Below, piece by piece: positions 12,001-23,701 of a stretch of 36,882 nt of DNA. The DNA is from Ministeria vibrans ATCC 50519 (Eukaryota; Protista; Filasterea). The first letter of the stretch is position 1, and every line of letters starts with the position of its first letter. Location of the stretch: positions 1 to 36,882 of the forward strand of contig CALSCP010001894.1 of assembly GCA_943704425.1 (NCBI GenBank). Reading direction: 5' to 3'. The notes below the pieces were generated by a model. The model ran no database searches. It was given only the letters and a program-made list of their open reading frames with translations, and had not been told where the DNA came from. The position numbers were made by a program, and so were the translations under genes.

Positions 12001-12797
12001 GCAGCGGGATGATTGCAGGCGTTGTCATTATGCTCCTGTTGTGCTCGGCGCTTGTGGTCCTTTTGGCCTACGCGTGGCAGCAGAAGCGACGCAAACAGCG
12101 ACAGATTGCACCCACGACAGTCGATGAGCATTTCAACGGAGGCACTGGCAGTGGTCAACCATCACATATACATGGTCTACCCACCGAAGTGTGGGAGGAA
12201 GAAGATACACTCGAGGCAGACGGTGGAGGTGCCGGTGAACAACTTCAGAAGCGTGTCATTGAACCTATTGCGGAGGAAACGATTGTGCCTGTTCTACCTG
12301 AGCCCAACCATCACATTAGCACAGCCATTTCTGAGGCAGCGCTACCCCTGACAAGTCGACCAGGCACGGCCACAAGCACTACCAGGCCTTTATCCTCGCA
12401 TCAACGCCAGCTCGCATCGCCGTTGCGCCGTAAACGTTCGTCGCTGTGGCAAGACGCGCTCGTCGGACGCAATCCCAATGACCAGAACATTCCACCCTCC
12501 ACAACAACAACAACAACAACAACAACAACTCCAGGAGACGAAACGTACAGTATTGCCGACCAGTCTTTTCACAGCGCCCTCTCCATGACCAGTCCCATCG
12601 GCAGCCCTCGCAAGCGCCGCATCGCATCGCCCGAGCAGAAATCGCGGCGAGCCGCAGAGAAAGGAGACTCCAAAGGTGAGTCTAGTCGACGCAATCCTCC
12701 TCGAGTGGTCCTCTTCAATCACTCTCATCACGTCCCTTCAATCGGCTCCAGCCACCCCGCATTTGCTTCAGAGCACCACTCAGTCAGTAATGTATAA
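9036..12797 (+). CDS. Notch/fibropellin-type calcium-binding EGF-repeat single-pass membrane protein, 5'-truncated (exons 9036-9266, 9357-11327, 11394-12797)
   Basis: 21 EGF repeats of ~38 aa (D/N-I-D/N-E-C-x-S-x-P-C-x-N-G-x-T-C...). These are followed by an Ig-like segment (FNVTLTVEWNECV...LTIPAGSVTDLSGNANS), a TM helix (MIAGVVIMLLLCSALVVLLAYAW-QQKRRK) and a disordered tail ending SVSNV*. Confidence 0.9.
9306..9337 (-). mobile_element. Short dispersed element copy 5 (inside EGF gene intron)
   Basis: AGAAGAAGAAGAAGAATACAACCCATTTATT flanked by AAT repeats. Confidence 0.55.
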
Positions 12798-12949
12798 AGA
12801 ATATTATTATGAATAAAAATTTAATTATTATTATTATAATTATTATTATTATTATCGGATAAACTTTTTTGTCTTCGCACAAGTTCGTTTATTGTGTTGA
12901 TCTTCTCTCATAATTGATTGTTGCACACGCACGCACACACACGCACACA

Positions 12950-14828
12950 TTACCAACCACCAAGGACCTCCTTTCCCCACTGGATAATCTGCTCACTCGA
13001 GGCTGCGTCGTGAATAGTGGTACCTGTGTCCAGTCCAAACTTCTCAAAGTCGGCAAAATCGTACACTTTTCCATTGCAGTGCACCTATTAAAATTCAGAC
13101 ACTTGGGGCGTCAGTCACTTTTTCGTGACGTTTTAGTTCATGCCTTGACGTCCTTGTTGGGAACATAGATCTGGTTGTTTCCAAGAGTGAGGGACCAGTC
13201 TGAGGAATTTTGGGGGTTGCAACGGCCGTTGATGTTGAGGTAGACATCGCCTGGATTGGTCAGGATGCACTTGCACCCCGAGTACTCCTCATTGTACTCT
13301 GCAATAAAAAGAGAGGAGCAGTGTGAGAGTGAACAAATGAACTGCGAGCAATCAAATGAATAGATTTGGGTGGGTGTGTGTGTGTGAGAGAGAGGAGGGA
13401 GAAAAAACAAAGTGATAGAGAGAGAGAGGAGGGAGAAAGAAACAAAGTGATAGAGAGAAAGAAACAAAGTGATAGAGAGAGAGAGAAACAAAGTGATAGA
13501 GAGAAAGAAACAAAGTGATAGAGAGAAAGAAACAAAGTGATAGAGAGAAAGAAACAAAGTGATAAAAAGAAAGAAACAAAGTGATAGAGAGAGTGTGTGT
13601 GTGCTGAGTGTGTGCTTAGTGTGTCTTTACTTCCGCCCGGAATCGGCATGTCAATCTGAAGACACTTCGAACCGTACACCTGCAAAATAAGGATAGTGAG
13701 TGCCTGCGCATATCAGAGATACCCTTCATACCTGAGAATAGGCATTGACGTTGTTCTGGCTGATTTTGGAGTGGGAGTTAAAGTCGCCCTTGTGACCACC
13801 AAAGACAAAGAAGTTGCTGGACATGACATAGTAGGAGGAACCGTCGTCGTTGTCGACACAGCCGCCATTGGCACCGCCACCGGCAACCCAGTAGTTCTGG
13901 TGAATGGTGTTGTTAAGCGGAACAAGTGAGGGAGTGCCTATGAATATGAATGGGTGAGTGAGTCACTGTATGTTAGGTCAAAAGGAAGAGTGTGTGAGGT
14001 GTACCGTCACGAACAGTGGTGAGGAATGGCTGACGATCCCACGAATTGAAAGGACTAAACCCAAAGAAATACAGGACAGAATTATCACAAAAATGAGCAT
14101 AATACGTAAAATATGTAAATTGAGTCGTATGGCAGTGTACCCGTGATCTTGCGATTCGCGACAAGAATTGAACATGAGCGACTCAACAAATGTGTTGTTT
14201 CCGCCAAATCCGTCGTTCACATTGACTCCAGCGCGAGGGCTAAGCACACACAAATAAAGATAAGAAAGACGAAACAAAGACAGACAGACAGAAACAGAAA
14301 CAATTACAGAGACAGAGACAGAGTGGGTGTACCCGTTGAAGAAGATATTATGCTTCCAAAAGGTTGATGCAGACTTGGCCTGGAACCAAGCAGACGACTG
14401 CTTCTCGTGCAGACCAAGTTCGTGGAAGAAGTTGTTGGTCAGACTGGTTCCCTCGGGATGGTTCCCAGTGGTACCTGTTACAATGGGAAAGCATAGAATA
14501 ATAAAGTGAAAGAGAGAGAAAAATATAAAGTGCACAAAATGAGATTATTGAGATGAATGAAGAGGACGAAGGGATGGAGCGAGCACAAAATGTGAGAAGA
14601 CCCAGAGATAGAGAATAAACGTACCGTCCATGTTGTTCGTGTAGCCCCACGACGCAATGGCACTGTCACCAATGTACAGGAATTCATTTTTATCAATGAC
14701 AAACTCACGCTGAAAGCCACTGAGGAACAAGGCATTGCCATCAACGCGAAGGAAGAAACACCCAGCGACAGTCGACCTAACAAAAGTATAAACAAACAAA
14801 AGAGAAACGTAGGAGCACATGAGTATTC

Positions 14829-14860
<32 letters not shown>

Positions 14861-15524
14861 TATATATATATATATATATATACTTGGCTTCTTTCTCCCT
14901 TCTCTCTCTCACACACATTCCCTCTTTATCAATTTGACAAACAAAGTACCCGATTGTTCCCTCAAAAAAGAGAGCACCGGCGCGCTGGAGACCCCAGTCA
15001 CCGCCCGAGGGCATTCCATGGGGGTCCAAGTAAGTGTATGTCGCATCGCGGAAGGAGAGTCCTTGAAGAGAAATGTCGCGCACTGGATACTCTTGAGTGC
15101 TATAGAGAAAGAGAAGCAGAGAGTTATGTCACACACAGATCTCATCATAATTAATTTATGGTCCTTTCTCTTTGTCTGTGTTGCTCATACCCAACTACCG
15201 AGATGAGTGTCTTCAGGTTCGTCGTCACAAACTGCATATCGGACGGAGGGGCGCCCGTGCCATTGTAGTTGAAGTACAGATAGCCGGTCTCGGTGTCGTA
15301 GAAAAACTCATTAGCCGCATCAAGTTCCTCAAAAATGTTCTCAACAAACTATAAAGCAACGCACAAGGAGAAAGAAAGTGTCACATATGTCGCCCCACAC
15401 AATCACAATCGAGTACCCATTCAGCTCCATTGTCGTTTCCACGTGCGCCTTGGAAACCACCGAGCGTCCACTTGAGGGTCTGCGTCGCAGGGACATGGTC
15501 ATCCACTAGAAACATCCAGGACGC
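12950..15524 (-). CDS. Right-handed beta-helix (pectin-lyase-fold) protein, probably carbohydrate-active, 5'-truncated, many exons
   Basis: Spliced motifs: ASWMF...GGFQGARG, ENIFEELDAANEFFYD, DISLQGLSFRD...PHGMPSGGDWGLQRAGALFFEG, DGNALFLSG, HELGLHEKQSSAWFQAKS, PRAGVNVNDGFGGNN, FNSCRESQDHGPFNSWDRQPFL, DNDDGSSYY; ends IIQWGKEVLGGW*. Confidence 0.8.
13396..13592 (+). repeat. Intronic minisatellite, unit ~AGAAAGAAACAAAGTGATAGAG (about 8 copies)
   Basis: Direct observation. Inverted copies at ~15735-15810 and related copies at ~15590-15625 and ~36720-36750. Confidence 0.9.
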
Positions 15525-15689
15525 CCTATCCAGCAAGACCAAAAGAGAGAGAGTGAAAGAGAGTGGGAGAGAAACAAGTGGTAGAGATAGAGAGAAAAAA
15601 AAACAAGTGATAGGAGAGAGAGAGAGAACGACGTTGTAGGGCAAGAAGGAAAACCACACTATCACACTGACGCGCTTAGACACGCACAA

Positions 15690-15912
<223 letters not shown>

Positions 15913-15942
15913 TCTTTTTTTGATATTGCGGTGTTGCTTTAC

Positions 15943-16824
15943 CTGCGTGAGAACAGCGACAGGGTTCTCCACTTGAATGGAGAAAAAGTCGAGAATGCTG
16001 TTGAGCTCGTTCTTCTCCTTGCTCACCAGGTGCCGTGTCTCGCCATTGCACATGCGATAGCTCGACGAGCCATTGGAGCGAATGGTGCGTTCGATAATCA
16101 CCGACGAACCATAGACATCATACTTAAAGGGCTCCAGACCTTTGTTGCTCAACCAAATGCGTACCACCGCTTTCCTAATAGATGAAAAACATAAAAGGCG
16201 TTTTAATTTGGATAATAATAACAATAATTATGTAATTATTATTATTAATAAGAATAAAATAATAATAATAATAATAAGAAAAATAATAATAATAATAATA
16301 ATAGTAATAATAATAATAATAATAGTAATAATAATAATAAATAAAACCTTGAGAAGGAAACATTTCTTATTACTATAGAAAGCATGTCAAAATAAAGAAC
16401 AAAAATGTCTCTCTTTTTTCTTCTTACTCTTTTCCCCTCTTGATCAAATCTTTCATGGCTGTGCCTCGTCCCGTCGTCGTTGTCTTTCCCCCGAGACACA
16501 CAACAATCGCGGTCAAAATGGACGATTTTCCGCCTAGAGTTACGGGGGGAAATAAGGAGTATTGTGTGAAAAAGGTGCAGCAAAACACGCTCAAGTTTAT
16601 CGTACTGCCGTTGTTGCCTGTCACAAAATTGACTCGCTCGCCAAATGTAATGGAGTAGGCGTGGTGACACATAAAGTCTTCGAGCTCCACTGTTTCAATG
16701 AGTCCACACTTTTTCGTCTCATCAACCGTCTCCTACACGGGCAAAACATAAATCAACATACAAAACAGTACATGTCAGTCTTCACACACCACACACACAT
16801 ACACACACACACCACAAAGACAAA

Positions 16825-16856
<32 letters not shown>

Positions 16857-17306
16857 CGCAAAGACATGAACATAACACAGCACATACGCACGTACCATCA
16901 TGTCTCGCATCTCCTGCGTCACTCCTTGGACCATCATGTCTTCGCCTGCATCTCCTTCACCAACAGCATCCTCGTCGTTCTCCTGCTCTTCCACTTCTCG
17001 ATGCTTCCTCTTCTTGCCCGCTCTCTCAGCGCGCCGTGCTTTCTTCGTCTTGCGTTGCCTCTCCGCTTCGTCTTCCTCTTCCTCCTCCTCTTCGTCTTCC
17101 TCCTCCTGCTCCTCCTGCTCCTCCTGGCCGTTCTCGTCGCCCGAGACGCCTTCTACATCCACATCGGAAGTGTCTTCAGTCGCGTTCCTGTCTTTCGTTG
17201 CGCTTCGCTTCCGCTTCTTTGACGTCGCCGGAGCGTCGCTCAGCTCCATCGGCTCAATCTCGGGGAACATGTCCTCGTCATTGACCGTTGATGACTTGCG
17301 CGGCAT
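15943..17306 (-). CDS. SMC6: SMC6, N-terminal part (exons 17306-16896, 16732-16606, 16533-16428, 16174-15943)
   Basis: Acidic/basic N-extension, then GLIETVELEDFMCH...VNFVTGNNGSGKSSILTAIVVCLGG...TGRG (Walker A), YGSSVIIERTI, FSIQVENPVAVLTQ (Q-loop). The ORF track start at 17357 is an alternative. Confidence 0.92.
16212..16342. repeat. (AAT)n intronic microsatellite
   Basis: Direct observation. Confidence 0.9.
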
Positions 17307-17654
17307 CTCCCTAAGCGCAAGTTCCAGGTTGGTCAAACGGTTTTTCGTTTGTTTCATTTTCGTCTCGTTCGTTGTACCGAAAGTTTCTTAGTACGTCGTG
17401 TTTTATGATAGCTCCCAACCGTTAACCGTACAATCAGAGGCGGTCAGCACAAAAAAAAATTCAATCTTCAAATGAGTAATGAGTTGTTTTATATTTGCGC
17501 GCCACTTTTGAAAAAAAAATCGCAACTGCCTTTGAGCCATCATCCGTCCGCCAAAAGGCAAAAATCAAAATTAAATCTTTTCCCTGTGCCTGTCTGGTTC
17601 CAGTCCCTCGCCTGCCCTTCGTGTGCGCACTTACTCAGGTTGGTTTCTCGGGAC
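17307..17654. promoter_or_regulatory. Bidirectional promoter SMC6/ATAD5 with CDE/CHR-like and Myb-like sites
   Basis: GCGCGC-CACT-TTTGAA at 17497-17512, reverse TTCAAA at 17467-17472, CCGTTA (=TAACGG) at 17419-17424, CAACTG at 17523-17528. Confidence 0.45.
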
Positions 17655-20600
17655 ATGATGGCTTGGCTTGTGCCCGACGACGGCGGTGCTTCGGAACGCA
17701 ACACCTCACCAGGGGCGACGCCGTCCTCAACAACCACGCCGCCCTCTGCTCTACTATCGCTCTCTTCGGGTCCTTTGTCGTCTCGCTCGTCTTCGAGTGT
17801 CCGCAACGACTCAACGGCCGCTATCAAAGGCACTCTGTCTGGCGCGCAAACTGCAATTCCTGTTGATGAAAACTCAACGGACGCTCCGCCCGAAACACCA
17901 CCCATCGTCATCGCTGCTGCCACCCCCGCAGGCACCAATGACACAGCGTCGACAAGCGAGGGTGTCGTAGCCGCCGATGCGACGACCCCGTCAACGCCTC
18001 CTTCGACGCGATCCGAACCGACTGTCCATCTTGTTGACTCGCCACCTCCCGCATCTCCTCAACACACGACCCCTGTTATTGCTCCGCTGCTCATCGACGA
18101 CACGACTACAACTGCAGAGACGGTTGGGAACGACGAAGCGACTGCATCTACTCCACCGCCACAGTCGCTCGCTCTCGCCGTCCTTTCTGACCAGGACAAT
18201 GCCCCAGCGTCGTCAGTCGAACCAATTCCTGTCGAAACACCCTCACCCTGTCGTCGTTCCAGTCGCGCACGGCACGCTCCCGATCACTTCTTAGTTGCCG
18301 AAAACCTCCATCCGTTCTTTGTCAACAAAAAGAAACTCAAAGGTGCGTCAGAGGAGGTGGCGCGTAGTAGTCCACACCACTCACACTCACTCTCACACAC
18401 ACACTAAACATTAACACACGCTAAAACATTTACACACATTAAGCACTCACTCTCCCACACACCCACTACTCACACACTGATCATCATATTTGTAGAGGCC
18501 GAAGAAGCACGCGCTGAGTCGGCGCGCAACACTGAGGAAAAGCGCAAGAAAAAAGAAGAAAGATTGAAGAAGAAAAGGGAGCGCGAGAATGAGACGGAGG
18601 AGGAAAGACTGGAGCGCAAAAGACTCAAGAAGGAGGCAAAACGCCAGGCAAAGATGGAGGCTAAGCGCGCCCTCAAACAAGCCAAGGCGCAGAGCATCTC
18701 CTCATCAACAACCACCACTGACACCTCTTGTGCGGCAACGTCGGACGTTACTGCTGCTGCTGCATCGTCAGTGTCCCCCTCAGACGCGTCCGATGTGTCT
18801 GCTGTCGCTGACTTCTTCTTGTCCGCTTCACAGCGACGCATCAAACGCGAAATTCAGGCGCGCAAAGAGATCCAAGAGAAGCGCAAAGAGACGGCCGAGT
18901 GGGAGCGCCAGGCAAGACTGCACCACGGCGAGGCAACCACCGTGAGCATCACACAAATGCTGAAGAAGCACACGACGGCCGTCGAATCGGCCGCCCAAAC
19001 AGGCATTGAAGGCTCCCTTGTGGTCACGCTCGATCTCAACACGCTCAACCCCGCCCCCTGGCCAAACCGTGCCTGGTGTGCCGTCCCTCCACCCTGTCCA
19101 CCGCTGCCTGTTCCCGCTACCTCAAGCATCATGCGCTTTCGTACCGTCGCTGAGGAGTCGCCAGCACCTCTCACCTGGGAGTCGCGTCTCGCCAATGTGG
19201 ACAAGGCTGCGCGTGCACTCTGCCGAGCCTCCTCAGTGACCGATCCTGTTCTCATTGGTGACGAACTCGACGTCGAGACGGAGCTCAAGGACATTGCACT
19301 GGCACATGGGCAGGACATGGTGCGCGTGCGTAATCTCTACGAGTCGCTTTTGGTCAAGAGTCGTGCTGCGGAACAACAGGTCTGGACCGAACAGTTCCGT
19401 CCCTCGACGAGCTTGCAGATTGTGGGCAACCGGTCGACATTTGATTTTGTGCGACGCTGGATGCGCGAGTGGAAGACTCAGTTGGTCGGTGGCGGTACCG
19501 GCGCTCCCAACATCGACGAGAGCGAAACATGCCGCAATAGTACAACCGTCACCACGTCGGCTGGTGCGTCCCGCCGCGCGTCATCCTCTTCGCGCCGTAC
19601 GACCTCATTCAGTCCGTTGGACACGCGCGAGTATGAGGACTTTGGTGATTTTGTTGAGGACGACGATGTGTTTGTTCGACGTGGCGGTCGACGAGGCGTG
19701 CACGACGAGTGGGGGGATTTCATTGATGATGACGAAGACGACGAAGACTACGAGTACGAGGGCTCAAGCGACTCCGAGTCGGGTGGTGGTGCCAAAACCG
19801 CAATGCGCGATGTGCTGTGCAACTCGTTGCTGCTGGTGGGTGCGCCGGGCGTTGGCAAAACCAGCTGTGTTCACGCGTGTGCCGAAGAGCTCGGCTATCG
19901 CGTGCTCGAGGTGAACGCTGGCTCATTGCGATCGGGTCGCCAGCTTGCTATGGTCGTGGGCGAGTCGACTCTCTCGCACCAGGTTGGTCGGTGGCTCACG
20001 CAGCCCAAATTGTCGGCGCCAGCCGCGACAAGCCCTGGGGAGGCGGCGGCTCAACCGAACAGTGAGAACACAAAGAAGAAGAGCAGGAAAAAGAAGGGTA
20101 AGAAGAAGAGTAAGAGACGGGAGAGGGCGATGGAGGAAGATGACGAAGAGCCCCTGACAATCGACTGTGACGTCGACGAGTGTGGCGACGACAATGGCGT
20201 TTCTACCCGAGTGACTCGACGATCACGCCGAGCCACGAGAGGCGTTGCTGCTGACCGTGATGAAGACGAGGAGTATGACTTTGTTGTGGAGTCAGAGGAG
20301 GACGAGGACGAGGAGGAGGTTGTCGAGCGCAAGAGAAGGAAGAAGAATGCAAAGAGGAAACGCAAGGCGTCCGTCCTGGACGATGATGGCGACGAAGGTG
20401 AAGAGAAAATGGAAGTTTGCGTTGGGGTGGCCAGCACGACGGAGAGGAAGAAGCAAAAGAAGTCAAAGGAGGCCATGCTGGCGGATCAGGTGGTTGCTGA
20501 GCGAACGGTTGCAAGCAACAACACGACAGTCGCGCCCAAGGTGCGCACCATCACCGATATGTTCCGTCCCAAAGGTGCTCCGGTGCCTGCTGCAAGTTTG

Positions 20601-22134
20601 ACGAACGAAAAGACTTTGACATCTACGGGTAAGGGCAAGGGCAAGGCGGCGCCCGAGGGTGAGATGAAAGTGCGCTCGGTGCTCAGCATGTTTGGTGGGG
20701 ACGCTGCGAAGAAGACTTCGCCAGCCACTCGTATGCCTGCCTCGACCACAACAAGCAGTGTGGACGTGGTGGATCTGGTAGACGTGACGGGCTCGGCGAG
20801 CGTCGGCACAGCTTCGGTGGTGCTCATTGATGAAGTTGACAATCTGTTTGACGACGACAAGGGCTTCTGGGCGGCCATGAGTGCCATCATGCACTCCTCC
20901 AAGCGCCCCATTGTGTTTACGAGTAATGCAATGTCGCACCTTGAATCTCGTTCACCTTATCTGCGACGCCACCTTGCCCGTCCCGGCGTCGACGACCTCT
21001 CCGCCTATTTGCGTCTCGTTTGCCTCGCTGCCGCCCAAGTCTCCATCTCTGCCGAGCCTCTGCGTCTTCTTGTCCGTAACATGCGTTGTGATGTTCGTGC
21101 TCTCCTTCTCCGCATGCAATGGATCTGCGAAAGTGTCCACAAACCTTTTTCGTACGAAGCTAGAAAATAATTATTATCACCAATAATACTAATAATACTA
21201 ATAACAATAATCTTTCCACTCTTCATTATTATTATTATTATAATTATTCCTAATGACTTTATTGTTTGTCTTTTTTTTTCTTTCTTTTTTGTAGACGTTT
21301 GGGCGATAAAGAATTAGGAGGCGATACCATGGGAAATGCATTGGGCACATGGGTGTATGCGCCTGTGCAAGCACAGCAAGAATTGGTGGAGCGCAAGGCA
21401 CGCTGCTTGAGTGAACTACACGAGACAGGCTCGCGTGTAGTCGGTGTCAATATGGCTCGCCGTGTCCAGACACTGGACGACGATGACGACGATGACGACG
21501 ATGTGGTGTCGGTGCCCAGTGAGCGGGAACAACTGAACACCCTCGAGCATTTGAGCATGCTCAGTGACATGCAGAGCGTCATTGATATGGGTGAGACAGT
21601 GCGCCTGGGAGACGTGGCGCGGCGTGGCACAGTTGAGCGCGAGAGTGCCTCTCTGCTCGACATATGGGGACTGGCCGACGTGCTTTCAGTTGAGCTGGTT
21701 TTGCAAGCCAACGCGACAACGTCCCACCCCACGCCGACTGCTCACTCGCAGTCGTCCACTTCGCTTCTTGCTGACGATGGCCTTCTCGAAACTCAGTAAG
21801 TCAGGGAAAAAAAGGAATATCAAAACATAAAAACAAAACAACCCAAAACAAACAAAACGAAACAAACCCCCTCAAAAGACTATTCAAACTAAATGTGTGT
21901 GCGTTTAGGAGCGCTCGATTCCGTGACTTCTATGCAGCGTCGGGTGCGCGTCTTCCCGAGAGTGTCCGTCGCGCAAGCTTGTGCATGGACTATGTGCCGT
22001 GGATGCGCTCCATGAACCGAGCGAGCCTCGAGCTGAGAGATGTCGGACGACGCAAACGTAGATTCACGCACTACCTCAACAAACTGTATTTTGACAACAT
22101 GGAACTCGATACGCTCTCGTTTGAGTTTGAATGA
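17655..22134 (+). CDS. ATAD5: ATAD5/Elg1, large subunit of the RFC-like PCNA unloader (exons 17655-18342, 18496-21151, 21295-21795, 21909-22134)
   Basis: VWTEQFRP...IVGN...VRRWMREWK; Walker A LCNSLLLVGAPGVGKTS...ELGYRVLEVNAGSLRSG...STLSHQV; Walker B VLIDEVDNLFDDDKGFW...SKRPIVFTSN; C-terminal DYVPWMRSM...RRFTHYL. Confidence 0.9.
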
Positions 22135-22155
22135 ACGGCCATCACTTGTATAAAA

Positions 22156-23427
22156 TCAATTCAATTTTTCTTTTTTTACAATTTGATGAGCGATAATCGC
22201 GTTGAGCATTCGAAAGTCTGAGAAACGACAACCAACCAATTGCACGGCGACTGGAAGAGGGCCGTAGGAGGAGGGTGCAGTGACATTAGGGAGGGGCGCA
22301 GTGACAACGGGCGAGCCTGTGACGGAGAAAGGCGTAACGTGCTCCAGCATGACCCGCCAGTAGGGAAGCTCGTGCTCTTGGCCGTTTACTTGCATCGCAA
22401 CGGGTCCATTGGATGGGTTATGTGGGAAGGGGAGGACACCCGTGACAGGAAGCGCCCACAGATGAAGGGTCTCGTCGAGGTCATTGCCGTTGTCGGCGTC
22501 AGTGGGCGACAGAAATGAGTCCATGACAGAGGCAGCCTCTTGCTGGACCCGGCGCGCACTTGCCAGTTCCTCTGCAGTGCACGCAGGTGTATCGTTGTTG
22601 CTCGGCTCAAAGGCTGTGCGGGCAAGAACACCGTGGGCCTTGGCAAGGGCTTTCAGGGGCAGCGACGGACCTGAGAAGTCGGACACAATTTCCACCCTAT
22701 CATTGTTGGCAAGTCCCTCGGCCCAGTCGGTGATTGCCGTGCGAATGCGATCGTCCACCAAGGCGCCAGGCAAGTGAGTAGATACAAATATCTTCAGAAA
22801 TTTGGGTTGGTCTTTCGGGAGAGAAGGGAGTGAAAAGGCCGTCATAAACCGTCGCAGAGTGTCGAGATCGGAGGCAATAGGGCCCATCGTAGTGTACGAA
22901 GATGCAAGTCGTGGCACGTGCCCTGTCGAAGGCAGCACGCCCGCCGTCGGTCGCAAACTGTACACTCCGCAGAAGGCGGCGGGTATCCTCAGCGATCCCG
23001 CCAGGTCTGAACCGAGCGCCAAAGGGGCCATGCCCATTGCAACTGCTGCAGCACTTCCTCCCGAGCTACCCCCCGGTGTAAGCTGGTCGTTGAAGGGACT
23101 CACCGTCGTTCCAAAGACGGCGTTGCTCGTCTGCACGTCCAGACCGCCCACCGGAGTGTTCGTCTTGCCCAACAGAATGCCCCCTGCCTTTCGAACGGCC
23201 TCAACCACGGCAGCATCTTCGGTCGCCTCCGCCACGTCTACTCGCTCTGGTAGGCCGGCAATGGTGCGGAAGCCCCTGCAGTCAATTACATCTTTGACAA
23301 GAAACGGCACATTCTCCAAAGGTCCTTCCGGTGTTGGCTCGGCGCGCTGTGCTTCCGTCGTCTGTGCAATCACAGCGTTGATTCGACCATTGAAACTCGC
23401 GATCGCCTTTACCGATCGCTGCAGCAT
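22156..23427 (-). CDS. Amidase-signature family enzyme, intronless
   Basis: GPLENVPFLVKDVID, GILLGKTNTP, TPGGSSGGSAAAVA, LGSDLAGSLRIPAAFCGVY (Lys-cisSer-Ser triad motifs). Confidence 0.92.
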   Translation of the reverse strand: MLQRSVKAIASFNGRINAVIAQTTEAQRAEPTPEGPLENVPFLVKDVIDCRGFRTIAGLPERVDVAEATEDAAVVEAVRKAGGILLGKTNTPVGGLDVQTSNAVFGTTVSPFNDQLTPGGSSGGSAAAVAMGMAPLALGSDLAGSLRIPAAFCGVYSLRPTAGVLPSTGHVPRLASSYTTMGPIASDLDTLRRFMTAFSLPSLPKDQPKFLKIFVSTHLPGALVDDRIRTAITDWAEGLANNDRVEIVSDFSGPSLPLKALAKAHGVLARTAFEPSNNDTPACTAEELASARRVQQEAASVMDSFLSPTDADNGNDLDETLHLWALPVTGVLPFPHNPSNGPVAMQVNGQEHELPYWRVMLEHVTPFSVTGSPVVTAPLPNVTAPSSYGPLPVAVQLVGCRFSDFRMLNAIIAHQIVKKEKLN

Positions 23428-23701
23428 TGAATAAATGTATTATCAATGTTAATTCCAAAATATTATATCAATCCACTTTCGAATAAATATTAAATGGTCT
23501 ATGGGCTATGGGCTTCTTTCGGGACGTTTTCGTTTGGAATTCTCCGCCTATACGGCCGTGAGTGAGTGAGTGAGTACGGCGGAAGTATATTAGTATTGTG
23601 CTTTGTTTGTTCTATAGTTTTGTTTTGACATTGAGCAGCTCTTGATTATCTATTTATTTTTCTTAAATAAAATCAATTAATCAATTTTACTCTCTGTCTG
23701 G

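Noticed and set aside
9036-12797. Calling the EGF protein Notch
   Set aside because: No LNR, NOD or ankyrin repeats between the EGF array and the C-terminus.
16142-16670. Poly-I/Y/L and ER-repeat ORFs
   Set aside because: Translations of intronic microsatellites.
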